Shown: positions 59,679 to 64,000 of the stretch, piece by piece | Layout: every line of letters begins with the position of its first letter | Position numbering within the stretch: the stretch's first letter is position 1 | NCBI RefSeq assembly: GCF_026626745.1 | Contig: NZ_JAPNJW010000002.1 | Coordinates: 1,254,151 to 1,318,150 of the forward strand | Reading direction: 5' to 3' | Length of the DNA: 64,000 nucleotides | From: Nannocystis sp. RBIL2 | GTDB taxonomy: Bacteria > Myxococcota_A > Polyangia > Nannocystales > Nannocystaceae | The notes under the pieces: model-generated | Database searches by the model: none | What the model was told of the DNA's origin: nothing | Seen by the model: the letters and a program-made list of their open reading frames with translations, nothing else | Position numbers and translations under genes: made by a program

Positions 59679-59913
59679 ACGAGGGCGAGGGCCGTGAACG
59701 GGCGAAAAGACGGGCTTCGTCGCCTTCTACAGGTGTTCGGCCCCTGGTGCCGGGCGGCGAATCATCGGCCGGTCGAGCTCGGCGCGGGGCACGGTCGGCC
59801 GCGCCGCGGAAGGTTCGCGCCTGGAGGTGCGGCGGCCAGCGGACGGTGAGACGCGAGCTGGCCGAGGGGACAGGTCGCCTAGGACATTCGCAGCCCGCAC
59901 CCTCCCGCTGTCC

Positions 59914-60888
59914 TCACGGACATGTCGCGGGGGCCAGCTTGCAATCGGAGAACCAGGCGGCCACGTCGCGGCACTGCGGGTCGGCCGGGTCGGCGGCGGC
60001 GCAGGCGAGGAAGCCGGCGCGGTCGCGCAGGGAGCACAGGCGCGGCAGCTCCCACTTGCGGTCGCGGCAGCTGGTGTCGCGCGGGTCGCAGGTGCTGCGC
60101 ATCCAGGTAGCGGTGCCGTCGCCGCGGAGGAACACGCGGTCGTCGATGTTGCGGTTGCCGACGAGGCTCTCGACGCGGAGGCTGGCGGCGGCCTCGGCGG
60201 CCAGGGCCCGGTAGAGACAGGCGTCGCCGGCGACCTCGTCGTCGCACGGGCGCGGCGAGGCGCAGGCGTCGAGCAGCGCGAGGGCGATGTCACCCGGGCA
60301 GCGGCCAGCCGCGCACACGCAGGCGCACTCCTCGGGATCCTGCGGTCCGAGGCCGCACTCGGTCCAGCCTGCAGGATGCTCGGGGCCGGGGAAGTCGCCG
60401 GCCTTGCGACCGACGCGGCGGACGTGGAAGACGTCGCCGACCCGCTTGTAGAAGGTGGAGTCGTAGTCCTCGTCGCCGGTCGAGGCGCTGGCGGTGGCGC
60501 AGAAACCCGCGGCCTCGAAGGCGCAGCTCGAGCGATCGGCGAGGCGCTCGGTGGCGAACCAGATGCAACCGGCGGCGTCGCAGTCGGCCTCGACCGCGTG
60601 CGACTCGCACGGCTCGACGGGCGCGGGCGGGAGCTCGGGCGCGAGGTCGGGCAACGGCGTGACGAGAGCGCCCGTGCCGGTGACCGGCATGCTGGTGGCG
60701 GCGTCGCCGGTGCTCGTGCTGCCGGCGGTACCGGTGGTGCTCCCCTCGCCGGCGGTCGCCACGGTGCTGCCCTCGCTGTCGGTGCCGCGCGAAGCCGCGT
60801 CGGACCGCCCGGGGCTACACCCAGTCGCAACCAGCCACAAGAAGAGAGAGGCGACGCCTGCCAGGCGCGCGCCAAGACCTAACCGCAC
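59914..60888 (-). CDS. secreted lipoprotein, Cys-rich C-terminal domain (hypothetical)
   Basis: GTG 60888 giving VRLGLGARLAGVASLFLWLVATGCS lipoprotein signal; S/T/G-rich linker; 20+ cysteines in C-domain; upstream 190 aa of ORF 59914..61476 is R-rich and judged noncoding. Confidence 0.55.
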   Translation of the reverse strand: MRLGLGARLAGVASLFLWLVATGCSPGRSDAASRGTDSEGSTVATAGEGSTTGTAGSTSTGDAATSMPVTGTGALVTPLPDLAPELPPAPVEPCESHAVEADCDAAGCIWFATERLADRSSCAFEAAGFCATASASTGDEDYDSTFYKRVGDVFHVRRVGRKAGDFPGPEHPAGWTECGLGPQDPEECACVCAAGRCPGDIALALLDACASPRPCDDEVAGDACLYRALAAEAAASLRVESLVGNRNIDDRVFLRGDGTATWMRSTCDPRDTSCRDRKWELPRLCSLRDRAGFLACAAADPADPQCRDVAAWFSDCKLAPATCP

Positions 60889-61770
60889 GGTCTCATGTTG
60901 CCAGAGCACGCCGAGGAGATCAAGGAATCGCCGCGCTGGCGGACCTGGCGCGACGCGACGATCGCAACTTTGGGCTGCCCGGTGATGTGGGCGAGCATCG
61001 CCGGTGTAAGAAGGTCGCTGCGACGAATGGGTGATGCGCGACACAGGCCCGGCGCGATGAAGGATGAAGAAGGAGTGCCGGCCTGAAGTCGGCGCACCGA
61101 TCGCTCCCCTGCCGTCGCGGGGGAGAGGCCCACGCCGAGGCGCTTTCGCGGGCCCGCGGCGCCCGGGCGCTGGAGGTGCGAGTCGATGCTCGGCTCGTCG
61201 GAGCGCGAGTCGTCGGTCGCGAGGATGACCCGCGCTCGCGGCTGCACGGTCGATGACGTCGGTCGGCGCGCCGCCTGCCCTTCCGGCTCGGTCGTCGCGC
61301 GCCCGTTCCTGGCGCTCGCGCGGGTCGATCCTTGCGGTGACATCGGTGTCCGTTTCGGGGACGCGCCTCGATGGTGAGGCGAACTGAAACGCGTTGTTCA
61401 ATCGCGCGGCGGCGCAGGCGACGTCGCCCGGTCCGCGCTGGAGCCGATGGGCGAAGCGCAGTGCGTCGATCGGCATGACAGTGGGGTGCTGCGGCGGGAG
61501 TACGACTGTCCGGTCCAGGGGGGCTGGAGCCGGAGCGCGACCGTCGATGCGACGCGCGAGTCAGCGCCCGGCACGACAGCGTCGCCGCAGGGTCGGGATC
61601 GGCTGGCGTGGGCCGAGGTCGGGGCGCGGTCCCTGCCCCGTTCGCGTCGAAACGCCGCGCGGCCGAGCCAAGCCCTGGTCCGCGCCGCGCGAGGGCACTC
61701 CCGAGGCACGCGGCCTCCTGCTCGCCCAGCCCGCTGGCGGCTGCGGCGGGGAGTTCGGCGCGCAATCACA

Positions 61771-61870
61771 TGTCCGAAAGAACATATCTCCTGCGACATG
61801 TCTTATCGACAATGCTCCATGGAGCATGTCTTTTCGCCAATGCCCGAAAGAGCATGTCTCTTCGCACACG
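61771..61870. repeat. tandem array (7 units, 13-15 bp period) of GRCATGYCY elements 70 nt downstream of the hydrolase gene
   Basis: cacatgtccgaaag aacatatctcctgc gacatgtcttatc gacaatgctccatg gagcatgtcttttc gccaatgcccgaaag agcatgtctcttc. Confidence 0.8.
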
Positions 61871-61939
61871 GCGCCCTCGCTACCGAGGACACGCCAGCCC
61901 TTCGGGCCTCGGACGCGCCCTCGCGGGGCCTGCTGCGCC

Positions 61940-63022
61940 TCAGCGCGGCCCGGGGATGATGCGGAGGTCGGTGAGGAAGCGGGCGAGCTCGCGGATGTAG
62001 TCGCGGCGGCCGAGCTGCAGGAAGTGGCCGCCGGTGAAGCGGAAGCGGCGCGGGCGCTGCCAGTGGTTCCACAGCACGTCGGCGTGGGCCTCGGTGACGA
62101 GGGCGTCGCCGCGGGCGGTGACGACGAGCCGGCGCTCCCACGGGACCTTGGGCTCGTACGAGAGCGGGCTGTGCAGCGCCCACGAGCTGTGGAAGCGCTC
62201 GCGGGTCATGCCGAGCGCCTCGGCCTGGCGGCGGAACGAGTCGCCCTCGCCGTGATCCCAGAAGAGGTGCGCGAACGAGGCGGGGGCCATGATCGGGACG
62301 ACGAAGGACAGCCGCGGATCGATCGAGGCGACCAGGGCCGAGGTGTAGCCGCCGAGGCTCGAGCCCATCATGCCGAGCGGCGCCGGGCTGTGGCGCAGGA
62401 TGGCAGTGATGGCGGCGCGCACGTCCTGGACGGTCTGGATGAAGGCCTCGTTGGTGCGCACCAGATCGGTCGAGGGGAACAGCTCGCCCGAGAAGCGCGC
62501 GGCGGTCGGCTTGCGCAGGCTGTGGAACGGCTGGACGTAGAGGTAGACGTCGAGGCCGAGGTCCCGGTAGAGGGTGGAGATGCTGAACTCGATCTCGTGC
62601 AGGCGGCGGTTGCCGACGCACCAGCCGTGCGCGAGCAAGATCGAGGCGGGCGCGGGCCGGTCGTGCTGCCAGGCGTGCAGGTGGACGGTGTCGACGCGAT
62701 CGTAGGTGGCGTACTCGCGAGCGTAGCCAGGGTCGCGCGGGCGGTACGGCGAGGCGAAGCTGAAGTGCGTGGCGCGGCCGTCGACGAGCGGCCGCACGGC
62801 GAGCGGGACGAGCGGCGGCGGGGCCGGCGGCGGCGCGAGCAGGCGATCGGGCTCGGCGAGCACGGCGGGGTCGGTGTACTGCGCGACGACCTCGAGGCGG
62901 CGCTCGTGCTCGGCCCGCGCGAGCCGGTCGAGCTCGTTGCGCTGCATGAGGACGCGGCGGAGTCCGTGCCGCATGACGCGGTCGAAGCGGGCGCAGGCGT
63001 GATCGGCGAGGGCGCTGAACAT
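61940..63022 (-). CDS. alpha/beta hydrolase
   Basis: GSSLGG nucleophile elbow, HGWCVGN; 360 aa. Confidence 0.7.
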   Translation of the reverse strand: MFSALADHACARFDRVMRHGLRRVLMQRNELDRLARAEHERRLEVVAQYTDPAVLAEPDRLLAPPPAPPPLVPLAVRPLVDGRATHFSFASPYRPRDPGYAREYATYDRVDTVHLHAWQHDRPAPASILLAHGWCVGNRRLHEIEFSISTLYRDLGLDVYLYVQPFHSLRKPTAARFSGELFPSTDLVRTNEAFIQTVQDVRAAITAILRHSPAPLGMMGSSLGGYTSALVASIDPRLSFVVPIMAPASFAHLFWDHGEGDSFRRQAEALGMTRERFHSSWALHSPLSYEPKVPWERRLVVTARGDALVTEAHADVLWNHWQRPRRFRFTGGHFLQLGRRDYIRELARFLTDLRIIPGPR

Positions 63023-63117
63023 GCGGGTCTGATTTTTGTTTTAGGCGCGCGGACGGCGTTTGAGAAGCAAAATCCCGCCTTGCGCCGCGGGCCCGGCGGG
63101 TGCGAGGCTGGTTGCGC

Positions 63118-64000
63118 ATGCAGGTCGCCGTGGCCGGAGCGAGCGGGTTCATCGGACAGGCGACCGTCCACGCGCTGCTGCAGGCCGGTCACGCGGTGGT
63201 CGGGCTGTCGCGGGGCCGTCGCGGCCGCTCCGACCGGCCGGGGCTGGTGTGGCGAGAAGTGGACGTGAGCCGCGGGGGCCCCGAGCTGGTGGCCGCATTG
63301 GCGGGCTGCGAGGCGGTGGTCAACCTGGTGGGGATCAAGCGGCCCGAGCCGGGGCAGTCGTTCGACTCGGCCCACGTGGCGACAGTGGCGGCGCTGACGA
63401 CCGCGATGCAGGCGGCGGCGATCCGGCGGCTCGTCCACGTCAGCGTGGCGGGACCGCGAGCGGAGCCGCCGCGGCCGACCCAGTACATGGCGACGAAGCG
63501 AGAGGCTGAACGTTCGGTCATGTCCTCGGAGACAGACTGGACGATCCTCCGTCCGGGGCCGGTGGCCGGGCCGGGCGACGACTTCGTGCGCAACCTGGCG
63601 GCGACGCTGCGCCACGCGGGGGTGTTCCCGGCCCCCGACGGCGGCCACGCGCCGCTGCAGCCGGTGCTGGTCGAGGACGTGGCGCTGGCGATCGCGGCGG
63701 CGCTGGAGCGACCGGCGGCGATCGGGCGCTGCTACGACGTGGTCGGGCCGGAGGTGCTGACGCTGCGCGAAGTGGTGACGCGGGTGGCCGACGCGCTGGC
63801 GCTGCCGGTGACTCTGGTGCCCTGCCCCGCCCCGCTGCTGGCGGTCGCGGTCGCGGGGCTCGAGAAGCAGCCCGAGCCGCTGCTGACGCGGGCGCAGCTC
63901 GGGCTGCTCAGCCACGGTCTGGTCGGCGATCCGGGGCCGGCAGCCTCCGAGCTCGGGCTGGTGACTCAGCCGCTGACCGCGGCCAAGATCGTGGCGCTGT
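63118..64000 (+). CDS. NAD(P)-dependent oxidoreductase, atypical SDR (NmrA/NDUFA9-like); 3' end beyond window
   Basis: MQVAVAGASGFIGQATVHALLQAGHAVVGLSR Rossmann motif; runs to window end. Confidence 0.75.
   Translation, partial: MQVAVAGASGFIGQATVHALLQAGHAVVGLSRGRRGRSDRPGLVWREVDVSRGGPELVAALAGCEAVVNLVGIKRPEPGQSFDSAHVATVAALTTAMQAAAIRRLVHVSVAGPRAEPPRPTQYMATKREAERSVMSSETDWTILRPGPVAGPGDDFVRNLAATLRHAGVFPAPDGGHAPLQPVLVEDVALAIAAALERPAAIGRCYDVVGPEVLTLREVVTRVADALALPVTLVPCPAPLLAVAVAGLEKQPEPLLTRAQLGLLSHGLVGDPGPAASELGLVTQPLTAAKIVAL

Noticed and set aside
59879-63915. Several 100-500-aa ORFs (59827..60882+, 60920..61765-, 61394..63268+, 62368..63915-) in the last 4 kb
   Set aside because: All strongly Arg/Ala/Gly-biased and overlapping the lipoprotein, hydrolase and SDR genes that carry recognisable motifs.

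Overview
High-GC (about 70% or more by eye) bacterial chromosomal segment, most likely from a myxobacterium (Myxococcales). The evidence is a MYXO-CTERM sorting tail, a complete gspC-N type II secretion cluster flanked by sigma-54 enhancer-binding proteins, and abundant Arg-rich shadow ORFs typical of very GC-rich DNA. The lineage is my inference, not a database result. What I can support from the sequence:

- **1-5.4 kb:** a minus-strand lipid-biosynthesis operon made of an alpha-oxoamine synthase (serine-palmitoyltransferase-like), a FabD-like acyltransferase, a FabA/FabZ hot-dog dehydratase, a KAS I/II ketosynthase, a FabG reductase and an HMG-CoA-synthase family protein, with a divergent epimerase/dehydratase-family SDR.
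- **7-17 kb:** housekeeping genes: a UDP-sugar pyrophosphorylase, pgi, a MATE efflux pump, a DUF1963 protein, a MeaB GTPase, prmA, rsmE and an RDD membrane protein.
- **17.5-22.8 kb:** a 1769-aa protein with an MshEN/T2SSE_N-like N-terminus, a long disordered Pro/Ala/Asp repeat region, a GAF-like segment and C-terminal HEAT repeats.
- **23-27.6 kb:** three hypothetical proteins.
- **27.8-45.7 kb:** a complete type II secretion system, gspN-M-L-K-J-I-H-G-F-E-D-C, bracketed by two NtrC-family sigma-54 activators.
- **45.9-50.4 kb:** an orphan DPPY-motif methyltransferase, an acyl-CoA dehydrogenase and a 2OG-Fe(II) oxygenase.
- **50.5-55.8 kb:** secreted and lipoprotein genes, including one MYXO-CTERM protein and a lipase-like lipoprotein.
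- **55.8-59.7 kb:** a polyhydroxyalkanoate locus with phaC, a small coiled-coil partner, an acyl-CoA ligase and phaR.
- **59.9-64 kb:** further lipoprotein and hydrolase genes, and a partial SDR oxidoreductase gene running off the window end.

The most striking feature is a dispersed family of short palindromic elements in 35 or more copies. Its cores are GGACATGTCC and CCTGTCC-N4-GGACAGG. They form tandem arrays of 13-15 bp period immediately 3' of many genes, and they are also embedded in-frame in disordered coding regions, where they use rare CCT and AGG codons. I found no rRNA, tRNA, CRISPR array or recognisable transposase.
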